NCBI GenBank assembly: GCA_009379825.1
Contig: WHTA01000016.1
Location: 32,224 to 96,223, forward strand
Direction of reading: 5' to 3'
Length of the DNA: 64,000 nucleotides
DNA from: Streptosporangiales bacterium
GTDB lineage: Bacteria; Actinomycetota; Actinomycetes; Streptosporangiales; WHST01
Positions within the stretch are counted from its first letter, which is position 1. Each line of letters opens with the position of its first letter. Under the pieces are notes generated by a model. That model saw nothing but the letters and a program-made list of their open reading frames with translations, ran no database searches and was not told the origin of the DNA. Below, piece after piece: positions 42,263 through 51,708 of this stretch. The translations under genes and the position numbers were made by a program.

Positions 42263-42714
42263 CGCGCGTCGACGACCTGGTAGCCGACCTCGCGGAGCAC
42301 GTTGTCCATGGCGATCCGCAACACCGCCGGGTCGCTGGCGTCGATGCGGATCCGCCAGCCGGCCGTGGTGTCGCCGCCCAGATAGCTGCCAGCCACGGTG
42401 ATCCGCTGATCCTGGACGGTGCCTTCGCACGTCATCCAGTGCGGGCTCTGGTGCCACGAGTCGCACCAGACGGCGACCGCCGTGCCCGGGTCGGCGCCGT
42501 CGCCGAGCAGCAGGAAGCCGTCCTGTTCGACACCGTCGGTCGTCCAGGTGTACGCGACGGTGGCGAAGCTGCCGCGCGCCGCCGGTCGCACGGTGGCGGT
42601 GGCCGGTGACTCGCCGTATGGGTCGTCGGGCATCAGCCGCATCCTCGAGGTGCCCACCCAGGTCCCGGTCAGCGCGGCCATCGTCTGCCTGGTGCGGATG
42701 CTCGCTGCGCTCAT
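42247..42714 (-). CDS. Hypothetical protein, DUF1579-like beta-rich domain
   Basis: LTGTWVGTSRMRLMP...FATVAYTWTTDGVEQDGFLLLG...VWCDSWHQSPHWMTCEG...WRIRIDASD...YERA. The family assignment is from memory of the pattern only. Confidence 0.6.
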   Translation of the reverse strand: MSAASIRTRQTMAALTGTWVGTSRMRLMPDDPYGESPATATVRPAARGSFATVAYTWTTDGVEQDGFLLLGDGADPGTAVAVWCDSWHQSPHWMTCEGTVQDQRITVAGSYLGGDTTAGWRIRIDASDPAVLRIAMDNVLREVGYQVVDARYERA

Positions 42715-42751
42715 GGCCCGACCCTAGTGTCGGCCGCCGGCCGTGGCCTCT

Positions 42752-43528
42752 TCAATCTTGCGGTGTCAGGATCGCCAGGGCGACCAGCACCGGCGGCTCC
42801 TGCGTGTACTGCGGCCGCAGCCACACGTCGCGGTGCACGCGTTCCGTGCCGGTGCGGATCACCACCGGCTGCGGCGCGGCACCGACCGTCATGCCCTCGC
42901 CGGGGACCAGCCGGGTGAGCGGGTCGGCCGCCGGCCCGATGCCGGCGGCGAGCACCCGGTAGCGGCCGGGCGGTACGGCCGGCAGCTCGTATGGGCCGGG
43001 GCGCAGCAGGTACTGCCCCGTGATCGGCCGGCTCTGCGCGATCGCGTGCGGGAACAGCCCGATGTACACCGCGCTCTCGGTCGGGCAGTACACCGTGCCG
43101 CGCACCACGGCCGTGGACGTAGAGGGCTGGCTGCGTGCGATGGCCGTCGAGGCCGGGCGGTCGAGCGCGTCGGGCAGCCGGCGGAACTCGTCCGGAGCGA
43201 CCCCGACGAGCTTGCGGAACCTGGTGGAGAACGTGCCGAGGCTGTCGAAGCCGACCGCGAAGCACGCATCGGTCACCGACGCACCCTCGGTGACCAGCAG
43301 CCGCTTGGCCAGGTCGAAGCGCAGGGCCGTGCGGAACTCGCCGGGCGGGATGCCGACCACGGAACGGAACAGCCGGGCCAGGTGGAACGGGCTGTAACCG
43401 ACGGCATCGGCGAGGTCGTGCAGCGTCAGCTTGGTCTGCACCTCGGCACGCATCAGCTCGATCACGGCGTCGATCGTCTCGAGCCGCCGACCGTCGTCCT
43501 GCTCGGTGAGCGTGGCCTGCCCCGTCAT
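42752..43528 (-). CDS. AraC-family transcriptional regulator (N-terminal HTH, unknown C-domain)
   Basis: LTLHDLADAVGYSPFHLARLFRSVVGIPPGEFRTALRFDLAKRLL...VTDACFAVGFDSLGTFSTRFRKLVGVAPDEFRR. Confidence 0.85.
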   Translation of the reverse strand: MTGQATLTEQDDGRRLETIDAVIELMRAEVQTKLTLHDLADAVGYSPFHLARLFRSVVGIPPGEFRTALRFDLAKRLLVTEGASVTDACFAVGFDSLGTFSTRFRKLVGVAPDEFRRLPDALDRPASTAIARSQPSTSTAVVRGTVYCPTESAVYIGLFPHAIAQSRPITGQYLLRPGPYELPAVPPGRYRVLAAGIGPAADPLTRLVPGEGMTVGAAPQPVVIRTGTERVHRDVWLRPQYTQEPPVLVALAILTPQD

Positions 43529-43563
43529 TGCCGCACACCATAGTCAGCCGCACCGACAACGGA

Positions 43564-43600
43564 AGCGGGTGGCAACCGACCAGGTCGGTTGCCACCCGCT
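43564..43600. terminator. Perfect 17-bp stem / 3-nt loop hairpin downstream of the MFS gene
   Basis: AGCGGGTGGCAACCGAC cag GTCGGTTGCCACCCGCT, read directly. It sits between the MFS stop (43622) and the araC start (43528). No U-tract. Confidence 0.55.
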
Positions 43601-43621
43601 GCGACAGCTACGAGGGCAGAA

Positions 43622-45004
43622 CTACTCGGCGCCTGCGGCGGCCTTCTGCTTCTCGATGTCGGGGACGTCGGTGCCGCGCACCGACGCTCCCGCGGTCTCC
43701 TTCGCGAAGTAGACGGCGATCAGGCCGACCACGCTCGCGGCCATCAGGTAGAACGCGGGGAAGTAGTTGCCGATCTTCTCCGTGCCCCAGGTGTTGATCG
43801 CCGGCGTCGGTCCACCGGCGAGCGCCGTGGCCACGTTGTAGGTGAGCGCGAACGCGAAGTACCTGATGTGCGTGGGGAACATGGCAGGGAACGTCGCGGA
43901 GATCGTGCTCAGCTGCGGCACGTAGACGATGCCGAGCCCGACGAGCGCGAGGATCTTCACCGGGATCGGCGCGTTGAGCATCAGGTAGAACGCCGGCAGG
44001 GCGAGGACGAACAACGCCGTGCCGGAGAAGAACCACGACGGGCGCCTACCCCATCTGTCGGACGCGGAGCCGCCGAGCGCCATCAGCGCCATCATCACCG
44101 CGTACATGATCGCCGTGAGGCCGAGTGCCCAGTTCTCGCTGAGTCCTGCGCCCTTCGGGTTGCCCAGGTAGCTGACCATGTACGTGAACAACGTGTAGTT
44201 GTGCACGTTCAGCATGAGCACCATGCCGAAGCAGATGACGATGGGCTTCCAGTGCTTCGCCAGGTCCTTGAACTGCGCCGCGGTCTGCTGCTCCTGGGCG
44301 CCTTCGGCCGCCAGCTCCTTGAAGACCGGGGTGTCCTCCAGCTTCGACCTCATGTAGAGGCCGAACAGGCCGATCGGTCCGGAGAGCAGGAACGGGATCC
44401 GCCAACCCCACGAGTCGAAGTCCGCCTGGCCAACGATGGTGAGCACCAGCAGGCTGACCCCGGTGCCGGCGAGGAACCCGGTCAGCGTGCCGAACTCCAG
44501 GAAGCTGCCGTAGAAGCCGCGCTTCTTGTCCGGCGAGTACTCGGCCATGAACGTCGCGGCGCCCCCGTACTCCCCGCCGGCCGCCAGGCCCTGCACGACA
44601 CGCATCAGCACGAGGATGATCGGCGCGACCACCGAGATGGTGGAGAAGCTCGGGATACAACCGATGATGAACGTGCCACCAGCGATCAGGATGACGGTGA
44701 AGGCAAGGATCTTCTGCCGACCGACGCGGTCACCGATGGCGCCGAAGATTCCCGCACCCAGCGGTCGCACCACGAACGGCACCGCGAAGATGGTGAAGAC
44801 GAGCATCTGCCGCAGGAATGCCGGCATGCTCTCGGGTAGGAAGTGGATCCCGATCTGAGCGCTGAGGAAGCCGTACAGCCCGTAGTCATACCACTCGATG
44901 GCGTTGCCGATCGCCGAGCCGGCGATCGCACGATGCAACGTCTTCTTCTCTTCTTGCGGCGAAAGTCCGCCAGCCCCTGCGGGTGCGGCTTCCTGTGACC
45001 CCAT
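43622..45004 (-). CDS. MFS transporter, metabolite:H+ symporter (MHS; ProP/KgtP-like)
   Basis: GSAIGNAIEWYDYGLYGFLS...VRPLGAGIFGAIGDRVGRQK with 12 hydrophobic segments. GGAGGTGACCC precedes the ATG. Confidence 0.9.
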   Translation of the reverse strand: MGSQEAAPAGAGGLSPQEEKKTLHRAIAGSAIGNAIEWYDYGLYGFLSAQIGIHFLPESMPAFLRQMLVFTIFAVPFVVRPLGAGIFGAIGDRVGRQKILAFTVILIAGGTFIIGCIPSFSTISVVAPIILVLMRVVQGLAAGGEYGGAATFMAEYSPDKKRGFYGSFLEFGTLTGFLAGTGVSLLVLTIVGQADFDSWGWRIPFLLSGPIGLFGLYMRSKLEDTPVFKELAAEGAQEQQTAAQFKDLAKHWKPIVICFGMVLMLNVHNYTLFTYMVSYLGNPKGAGLSENWALGLTAIMYAVMMALMALGGSASDRWGRRPSWFFSGTALFVLALPAFYLMLNAPIPVKILALVGLGIVYVPQLSTISATFPAMFPTHIRYFAFALTYNVATALAGGPTPAINTWGTEKIGNYFPAFYLMAASVVGLIAVYFAKETAGASVRGTDVPDIEKQKAAAGAE

Positions 45005-45112
45005 CGGGTCACCTCCTCTGGGTTTTCGGTTTGCTCTGTCTAGTCGAACCGCCGCCGAGCGCGTCCGGCCGGGGTTTGCCGGATGCTCAGCGATCCCCCT
45101 TGTTTCGAACGG

Positions 45113-46372
45113 CTAGCCGCCTGCGACCCCTGTCGCGACGGACTTCTCCCAGATATCGATCGCCGCGTCGACCTCATCGGCATTCACGACGAGTGCGGGG
45201 ATCATGCGTACCACGTTGCCGTGGGCACCGCACGTTAGCAGGAGCAGCCCGTTCTCGGCAGCCGTCTGCTGTACCCGGTTTGCGGTGGGTGTGTCGGGAC
45301 GTCCGTCGGCGTCGACGAACTCCGAACCGAGCATCAGTCCGAGTCCACGGACGTCGCCGATGCCCTTGTGCTGTGCTGCTACGTTGCGTAGTCCCGCTTC
45401 GAGCCGGCTGCCCATCGCCTTCGCGTTGGTAACAAGCCCTTCGTCGTCGATGACGTCCAGGGTGGCCAGCGCAGCCGCGCACGAGACCGGGTTGGCGCCG
45501 TAGGTGCCGCCCTGCGAGCCGGGCCAGGCCTTGCTCATCACCTCCTCGCTCGCCGCGATCGCCGACAGTGGGAACCCGCTTGCGATGCCCTTGGCGATGG
45601 TGAGCACGTCCGCCCGCACGTCGAAGTGGTCGTGCCCCCAGTACTCGCCGGTGCGCCCGAATCCGGTCTGGATCTCGTCGACGACGAGCAGGATGCCGTG
45701 CTTGTCGGCACGCTCCCGCAGGCCCGCGAGGAAGCGGGTGTTCGCCGGCACGTAGCCGCCCTCACCGAGCACCGGCTCCACGAAGAACGCGGCGGTGTCG
45801 TTCGGCGGCGCGGTGGTGGCGAGCACGTAGTCGAGCTCCTGCAGCGCGAAGTCGGTCGCCTGCTCGACGGTCCAGCCGTACCGGTACGCGTTCGGGAACG
45901 GCGAGACGACGATGTTGGACGGCAGCGGCCCGATGCCGGCGCGGAACTTCGGCCCGGACGTGGTCATCGCGGCCGCGCCGTAGGTGCGGCCGTGGAACGA
46001 GCCGTGGAAGACCACGATGTTCTGCTTGCCGGTGGCCTGCCGTACCAGCCGCATGCTGGCCTCGATGGCCTCGCTGCCGGAGTTCACGTAGAACAGCCGG
46101 TCCAGGCCGGCGGGGAGCGCGCTGCCGAGCCTGGCGGTCAGGTCGCGCAGCGGCTTGCTCAGGATGGTCGTGTACTGGCCGTGGATCAAGGTGGCGACCT
46201 GGCGCTGGGCCGCCTCCACTACCTTCGGATGGCAGTGGCCGGTCGAGGTGACGCCGATCCCGGCGGTGAAATCCAGGTACTGCCGACCCTCGTCATCGTA
46301 GATGTAGACGCCCTCGCCACGGGCTGCGTGGACGGGCGTTGCTTGCTTGAGCTGTGGCGACAGCTCGGTCAT
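45113..46372 (-). CDS. gabT: Class-III PLP aminotransferase (4-aminobutyrate aminotransferase-like)
   Basis: Motifs DFTAGIGVTSTGHCHP, NSGSEAIE, LLVVDEIQTGFGRTG and a TIAKG Lys motif. ATG 46372 follows GAGGAG. Confidence 0.9.
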   Translation of the reverse strand: MTELSPQLKQATPVHAARGEGVYIYDDEGRQYLDFTAGIGVTSTGHCHPKVVEAAQRQVATLIHGQYTTILSKPLRDLTARLGSALPAGLDRLFYVNSGSEAIEASMRLVRQATGKQNIVVFHGSFHGRTYGAAAMTTSGPKFRAGIGPLPSNIVVSPFPNAYRYGWTVEQATDFALQELDYVLATTAPPNDTAAFFVEPVLGEGGYVPANTRFLAGLRERADKHGILLVVDEIQTGFGRTGEYWGHDHFDVRADVLTIAKGIASGFPLSAIAASEEVMSKAWPGSQGGTYGANPVSCAAALATLDVIDDEGLVTNAKAMGSRLEAGLRNVAAQHKGIGDVRGLGLMLGSEFVDADGRPDTPTANRVQQTAAENGLLLLTCGAHGNVVRMIPALVVNADEVDAAIDIWEKSVATGVAGG

Positions 46373-46388
46373 GGGCTGCTCCTCGTAG

Positions 46389-46402
46389 GATTGTTGACAA
46401 TC
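46389..46402. promoter_or_regulatory. Palindrome GATTGTTGACAATC in the gabT / gabD divergent region (candidate GntR operator)
   Basis: Read directly. The 6-bp arms are exact reverse complements with a 2-nt spacer. It is an identical 14-mer to the site at 51709. Confidence 0.55.
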
Positions 46403-46540
46403 GCGCAGCATACAAACTCACCCGCGGGGAGAACAGTACCTGCGTCTCAAAGATTGACATTGCGTGAACGGGGGAGGTGGTTGGACGGCCGCTCTGCGTA
46501 GGCTGGCAGCAGGAGTTCGCGGACAAGGAGTGTTAGCTAC

Positions 46541-48010
46541 ATGACCAGTACGCAAGAGACCGCGGTGGTGGATGCGGTCCGCAAGGAGCTCTTCATCGAC
46601 GGTGTCTGGCGCCCCGCCGAAGGAGGCAAGGTATTCGACGTCGAGGACCCTTCGACCGGCAAGCCGCTCTGTTCGGTGGCCGACGGCTCCTCTGCCGATG
46701 GTTTCGCTGCGCTCGACGCCGCGACCGCCGCACAGGCGTCCTGGGCCGCCACCCCGCCGCGGGAGCGCGGCGAGATCCTGCGCCGGGCGTACGAGAAGGT
46801 GGTGGCCAGGAAGGACGAGCTCGGCCTGCTCATGACGCTTGAGATGGGTAAGCCGGTCGCCGAGGCCACCGGTGAGATCCTCTACGCGGCCGAGTTCCTC
46901 CGCTGGTTCGCCGAGGAGGCCGTGCGGGTCGAGGGCGGCTACCAGACGTCGGCGGACGGCAAGAGCCGAGTGATGATCATGCGCCAGCCGGTCGGGCCGT
47001 GCCTGTTGATCACGCCGTGGAACTTCCCGACCGCGATGTTCACCCGCAAGGTCGCACCGGCGCTCGCGGCCGGCTGCACCGCAGTGTTCAAGCCGTCCGA
47101 GTTCACCCCGCTGTCGGCGCTCGCGATGACGGAGATCTTCACCGAGGCAGGGCTGCCTGCCGGCGTGCTCAACGTGGTGCCGACCACCGACGCCGGTGGC
47201 CTGATGGAGCCGTTGATCAAGGACGGCCGGGCCAGGAAGCTGTCGTTCACCGGGTCCACCGCGGTGGGCAAGAAGCTGCTGGCGCAGTGCGCCGACAACG
47301 TCATGCGCACGTCGATGGAGCTCGGTGGCAACGCGCCGTTCATCGTCTTCGAGGACGCGGACGTCGACCAGGCGGTCGACGGCGCGATGCTCGCGAAGAT
47401 GCGCAACATCGGCGAGGCCTGCACGGCGGCCAACCGGCTGTACGTGCACGAGTCGGTGGCCGAGGAGTTCTCCCGCAAGCTCGCCGACAAGATGGGCGCG
47501 CTGACCGTCGGCCGCGGCGTGGACGACGGCGTGAACGTCGGCCCGCTGATCAACAGCCAGGCGGTGGAGAAGGTCGACCGGTTGGTCACCGACGCCGTCA
47601 GCAAGGGCGCGACGGCGGTCATCGGCGGCCAGCGCGGCGACGGCGACGGGCACTTCTACCCGCCGACGGTGCTCACCGACGTGCCGGTCGACGCCGACCT
47701 GCGGCGTGCGGAGATCTTCGGCCCGGTCGCTCCGATCGTCACGTTCGGCAACGAGGAGGAGCTGCTCGAGCAGGCCAACGACACCGAGTACGGCCTGGTG
47801 ACGTACGTCTTCACCACGAACTTCGCCCGCGCGCTGCGGGTGTGCGAGCGGCTGGAGAGCGGCATGGTCGGCCTGAACCAGGGCATCGTGGCCAACGCCG
47901 GCGCCCCGTTCGGCGGGGTGAAGCACTCCGGCCTCGGCCGGGAGGGTGGCCGGCTCGGCATCGAGGAGTTCCTCGAGGTCAAGTACATCGCTACACCGAA
48001 CCCGCACTGA
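46541..48010 (+). CDS. gabD: NAD(P)+-dependent succinate-semialdehyde dehydrogenase (aldehyde dehydrogenase family)
   Basis: 489 aa with ITPWNFP, FTGSTAVGK, MELGGNAP and EACTAANR (catalytic Cys). AAGGAG lies upstream of the ATG. Confidence 0.9.
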   Translation: MTSTQETAVVDAVRKELFIDGVWRPAEGGKVFDVEDPSTGKPLCSVADGSSADGFAALDAATAAQASWAATPPRERGEILRRAYEKVVARKDELGLLMTLEMGKPVAEATGEILYAAEFLRWFAEEAVRVEGGYQTSADGKSRVMIMRQPVGPCLLITPWNFPTAMFTRKVAPALAAGCTAVFKPSEFTPLSALAMTEIFTEAGLPAGVLNVVPTTDAGGLMEPLIKDGRARKLSFTGSTAVGKKLLAQCADNVMRTSMELGGNAPFIVFEDADVDQAVDGAMLAKMRNIGEACTAANRLYVHESVAEEFSRKLADKMGALTVGRGVDDGVNVGPLINSQAVEKVDRLVTDAVSKGATAVIGGQRGDGDGHFYPPTVLTDVPVDADLRRAEIFGPVAPIVTFGNEEELLEQANDTEYGLVTYVFTTNFARALRVCERLESGMVGLNQGIVANAGAPFGGVKHSGLGREGGRLGIEEFLEVKYIATPNPH

Positions 48011-48034
48011 CCCGGTCACGACGTCCGCGGGTCC

Positions 48035-48068
48035 ACGGCGCGGCTGCCCGGCTGGGTAGCCGCGCCGT
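48035..48068. terminator. 11-bp stem hairpin between convergent gabD and small-ORF array
   Basis: ACGGCGCGGCT gcccggctgggt AGCCGCGCCGT, read directly. Confidence 0.5.
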
Positions 48069-48125
48069 CCCGTCTCACTCGCGTGCCCGGTCACTGCTGG
48101 CGGGACGGCCCGCTTCGCGCGCTCG

Positions 48126-48530
48126 TCACTGGTCCTGCTGGCGGGCCGTACCGCGGTCTGGTGCCGTCGTACGGTGCAGCCGGTCGTAGCCCGCCATGAT
48201 CCGCCGGACCTCGTTGGCGGTGGAGCGGTCGCGGTCGGTGGCGGGGTTGCTCGGCAGTGCCTGACGCAGCTCCTGACGTGCTCCCAGCCACGACTTCCGC
48301 GTCTCCGCGACCCAGGTCTGCGCGGGCTTCGCGCCGCAGGCCTGCTGCTCGCTCAGCGCGTCCATGAATATCTCCCCGTGGCCGAGGACCCTGGCGATCT
48401 GCTCCCGCAGGCCACTCTCCTCGGGTTTCCTGAGCTGGCGGACGAGTAGCGCGAGGGCGTTGCGCTCGCTGTTGACGCTCCCGCGCTCGACCGCCGTTCT
48501 TCGTTGGCTCGTGGTGGACTCGTGCCTCAT
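48126..48530 (-). CDS. Uncharacterised small protein, paralog 1 of a 4-member tandem family
   Basis: ATG 48530 is 4 nt after GAGGAG (MRHESTTSQRR...). It shares the family pattern SERNAL..., IARVLGHGE and W..ARQELRQ with the three upstream paralogs. Confidence 0.5.
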   Translation of the reverse strand: MRHESTTSQRRTAVERGSVNSERNALALLVRQLRKPEESGLREQIARVLGHGEIFMDALSEQQACGAKPAQTWVAETRKSWLGARQELRQALPSNPATDRDRSTANEVRRIMAGYDRLHRTTAPDRGTARQQDQ

Positions 48531-48621
48531 CTGACTCCTCATGTAGGCCGGATGGTCGTCACGCTCCTCGTCGAGCCACCGCTCGCCGGGTCTGTCGCAC
48601 GAGGTGCGGGGGACGCTACGG

Positions 48622-49107
48622 TCATCGCTGTTCCTGGCGCGTGTCGGACGACTGGCTGCGGGGCTTGCGCTCGTCGCGGCGCTCGTCCGGCCGCGGGTTC
48701 GCCCGGGTGGGGGTGCTGCCGCGGGTTTGCTCCAGGTACCTGGTCCTCGCCCGGTCGCGGATCTGGTCCGTCTCGGTCAGGACGCGGGCGATCGTCCAGT
48801 TGGGACGGGTCGACCGCAGGGCCTCGCGTGCGTCACTCCACGTCTGTTGGGCTCGGCCGGGCTCGGTGCGGTCGGCGTCGGTGTTGCTGCCCCACGGGGT
48901 CAGCATGCTGAGCTTGTGGGCGTACCTGTGCCCATGACCAAGGACGGCGCCCGCCTTGGCCATCACGTCCTCGTCGGTCGGGCTTTACCTGACTTCACCG
49001 ACCTGCAGCTCGAGGAGCGCCAGTTCGAGGCGAACGGCGCTGCGTTCGTCGTCGAGCCAGGACGAGTTGCCCATGGCGCGCGCATTGCATGGGGACTCGT
49101 GCGGCAT
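48622..49107 (-). pseudogene. Paralog 2 of the small-protein family, interrupted by in-frame TAA (48985-48987)
   Basis: ATG 49107 follows AGGAGG. It reads MPHESPCNARAMGNSSWLDDERSAVRLELALLELQVGEVR, then a stop, then SPTDEDVMAKAGAVLGHGHRYAHKLSML... in the same frame. The track lists only the distal 114 aa. Confidence 0.5.
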
Positions 49108-49158
49108 CGCGGCCTCCTGTCGGCTCACTCCTCCTCCTGCCGCACGCCGGACGACTGG

Positions 49159-49554
49159 CTACGGGTGGGCCCGGCCGTCGGCCCGGTACCGGTCGGTGGC
49201 CTTGTTGCGGGCCTGATCCGTCTCGGCCAGCAGCTTCTGCACCATCCGGCCGGGGCCGGCCGAGCGCAGCCCTTCGCGCACGTCGGTCCACGCCCGGCGG
49301 GCGCGCTTGGCCTCGGCACGGGTGGCCTCGGTGTTGCTGCTGCAGGCCCGCAGCATGCCCACCTGGTGGGCGTACGCGTGCCCGTGGGCGATGACGGCGC
49401 CCATCTTGTCGACCAGGGTCTTGTCCAGCTGGCCGTACTGGAGTTCGATGTGCATCTGCAGTCGAGACGCCTCGCCGCGTACGGCGTCCCGCTCGTCCTC
49501 GAGCCAGAACGAGTCGGCCGTGTTGCGGGGGTTGCTGGGGAGCTCGAACGCCAT
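49159..49554 (-). CDS. Paralog 3 of the small-protein family
   Basis: ATG 49554 follows AGGAGGAG. Sequence FWLEDERDAVRGE...MGAVIAHGHAYAHQVGML...SSNTEATRAEA...AWTDVREGLRS...AETDQARNKATDRY. The conserved tail PTRSQSSGVRQEEE continues in another frame to 49125. Confidence 0.55.
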   Translation of the reverse strand: MAFELPSNPRNTADSFWLEDERDAVRGEASRLQMHIELQYGQLDKTLVDKMGAVIAHGHAYAHQVGMLRACSSNTEATRAEAKRARRAWTDVREGLRSAGPGRMVQKLLAETDQARNKATDRYRADGRAHP

Positions 49555-49681
49555 CGTGGCACTCCTCCTACCGGGTCGTGGACCCGCTCGGATGTCCCTG
49601 CGGTACGACTGGTTCCGGACCGACGCGGTCTACGACGAAGGGTTACCGAGTGTGCTCGGTCCCGGCAGGAGGGGCGCGCCG

Positions 49682-50143
49682 TCACCGGTCGGGTCGTGCA
49701 GGACCCGGCTTGCGCTCTGCTGGCTCGCGTCGCTCGTCCCGGTCGCGCGTGCTTGTGCGTGCACGGCCCTGGGTCAGCAACCCACGGTGCAAGCCCAGGG
49801 TGTCTTTGAAATGCCCGCGCGTGTCCGCGGTGCGCAGCTCCTTCAGGGCGTCGTGCCAAGCCCCCTGGGACTGCGTTGCCTCGGCGCGGGCCGCCGGGGT
49901 GTTGTTCGGGTACGCGGTCAGCAGAGTCAGCTGGACGGCGTAGCGGTGACCGTTGGCCATGGCCGCACCGGCCTTGGTCATCAGCTGCTTGTCCGCATCG
50001 GAGTGCCCGAGCTTGGCCACCCCGCGCTCCAGGAATCCCACTGCGGAGCTGACTCGCTCCCGCTCCCGGTCCACTGCATGCATAGCGGCGACGTTGTCCC
50101 GCGTCTCGGCCGGGATCTCGAACCTGTTCTGGTCACGCTGCAT
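49682..50143 (-). CDS. Paralog 4 of the small-protein family
   Basis: VDRERERV...TKAGAAMANGHRYAVQLTLL...PNNTPAARAEA...AWHDALKELRT. The C-terminal tail is Arg/Asp/Glu rich, like paralog 2. Confidence 0.5.
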   Translation of the reverse strand: MQRDQNRFEIPAETRDNVAAMHAVDRERERVSSAVGFLERGVAKLGHSDADKQLMTKAGAAMANGHRYAVQLTLLTAYPNNTPAARAEATQSQGAWHDALKELRTADTRGHFKDTLGLHRGLLTQGRARTSTRDRDERREPAERKPGPARPDR

Positions 50144-50236
50144 GGTGCGTCACGGTAGTGCCTCGGGTACATGCCGTGGGGTGGTCAGGCGCCGCGTAGC
50201 GCACCGCGGCGGCCGGGGCGCCGCGCGCGGTGGTGG

Positions 50237-50905
50237 TTACTCCAGGTGGTTGGAGAGCCGGTTGATGGCGTCCTGCATGTGGGCGTCGAGGAACTCCAGC
50301 GCGCCGGCGCCGTCGCCGTTCTTGATCGCCAGGACGATCTTTTCGTGCTCGTTCACCAGGTCGGACGACGTGCTGTACATCGGGGGCAGGGCGGAGAGGC
50401 ACATCCGGGTCTCGACCAGCAAGGTGGTGGCCATCCGCTGCAACCGCGGGCTCTCCGAGGCCGCGACGAGCGCCTCGTGGAACGCCAGGTCGGCCTTGCT
50501 CAGCGCCGCCGAGTCGCCACGGTCCGCCGCCCTGGTCATCTTGGCCAGCACCTTCGCCAGGGTGGCCGCGGTGCGTTCCGGGTGGCGTTCCAGGATCAGC
50601 CGCACGGCGGCGCTCTCCACCGCCGTGCGCGCGGCGTAGATGTCGATGATGTCCGCCGTGGTCAGTTCGGTGACGAACAGCCCGCGGTGGCGTACGGCGC
50701 GCAGCAGTCCCTCCTGGACGAGACGCTGCATCGCCTCGCGCACCGGCCCGCGACTGACGTTGAACCGCTGGGCGAGGTCGACCTCGCCCAGCTGGTCGCC
50801 CTGCGCGAACGCGCCGGACATGATCGCTTCCCTGAGCTGGTCGGCGATCAGCCCGGCGGTGGCTTGCCGGCTGATCGGCTTGAGTCCATCGGCTGACGCC
50901 GCCAT
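50237..50905 (-). CDS. GntR family (FadR/FCD type) transcriptional regulator
   Basis: GDQLGEVDLAQRFNVSRGPVREAMQRLVQEGLLRAVRHRGLFV plus an FCD helical domain. It lies 20 nt downstream of the isomerase-like gene. Confidence 0.9.
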   Translation of the reverse strand: MAASADGLKPISRQATAGLIADQLREAIMSGAFAQGDQLGEVDLAQRFNVSRGPVREAMQRLVQEGLLRAVRHRGLFVTELTTADIIDIYAARTAVESAAVRLILERHPERTAATLAKVLAKMTRAADRGDSAALSKADLAFHEALVAASESPRLQRMATTLLVETRMCLSALPPMYSTSSDLVNEHEKIVLAIKNGDGAGALEFLDAHMQDAINRLSNHLE

Positions 50906-50925
50906 GTGAGGGCTCCTCGTGCCGG

Positions 50926-51684
50926 TCAGTTCGTTGCCGGCGCGGCACCGCCGGCGCTTCGATTCTCGAACAACGTGCCGAGCCCGGTGCGCGGTGTGGT
51001 GTCACCGGCCAGCCGCAGGCCCTCCCACGCGGTCACCTGGTTCGCGGTGAGCACCGGTTTGCCGACCCGCGCCTCCAGGGCGTCGAGCCAGGCGACCGAG
51101 TGCAGCGCAGTGTCGGGCAGCAGCACCGCGTCTGCGTCCGCGTGGTCACCGCCGACGGCCAGCGCGAGGACGGCAGCCTCGTCGAGCGTGCCCACGTCGC
51201 CGGCCAGGAAGATGCCCTCGCTGCCGAAGTTGACCACGTCCAGGCCGCCGTCGCCGAGGAACTCCACGAACTTGCTCGCCACGTCCTCCGGGTACGTGGC
51301 CGCGACCGCGACCCTGCGGGCGCCGACCGCGTGGCAGGCGCGCGCGAACGCGATCGACGTGCTCGACGCGGGGGCGCCGGCCGTCTCCGTCAACGTGCGC
51401 GCCTGTTCCGCGGCACCGTCCCAGCCGAACACGAAGCTGCCGCTGGTGCACGCCCACACCACCGACTGCGGCTGATGGTGCGCGGTGAGCTGGCGCCAGC
51501 CGGCGGCGAGCTCCTCCGGCTGGCCGACGGCGAGCAGCGCCTCGACCGTGTGCGGAACGTCCTGCTCAGTGGTGTGTACCAGCGGCAACGCGACGTCCGG
51601 GCCGAGCAGTTTGGCGAGCAGCGGGTAGTCGTCCTCGGCGGCATGACCCGGGTAGAGCATGCCAACGGTCGTGCGTGTAGTCAC
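50926..51684 (-). CDS. Asp/Glu-racemase superfamily protein, maleate-isomerase/arylmalonate-decarboxylase-like, paralog 1 (Cys/Asp variant)
   Basis: VGMLYPGHAAEDDYP, first catalytic motif WACTSGSF, and LLPDTAL in the second position (Asp where paralog 2 has Cys). GTG 51684 is 5 nt after ACGGAGG. The track start, TTG 51720, lies inside the palindrome. Confidence 0.8.
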   Translation of the reverse strand: MTTRTTVGMLYPGHAAEDDYPLLAKLLGPDVALPLVHTTEQDVPHTVEALLAVGQPEELAAGWRQLTAHHQPQSVVWACTSGSFVFGWDGAAEQARTLTETAGAPASSTSIAFARACHAVGARRVAVAATYPEDVASKFVEFLGDGGLDVVNFGSEGIFLAGDVGTLDEAAVLALAVGGDHADADAVLLPDTALHSVAWLDALEARVGKPVLTANQVTAWEGLRLAGDTTPRTGLGTLFENRSAGGAAPATN

Positions 51685-51708
51685 GGCCACCTCCGTGTAC
51701 GACGGGAA

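Noticed and set aside
46450-46465. Second TTGACA-containing sequence (AGATTGACATTGCG) upstream of gabD, considered as a fifth operator or promoter.
   Set aside because: It matches only half of the palindrome, and I found no TAnnnT hexamer at 16-19 nt spacing.
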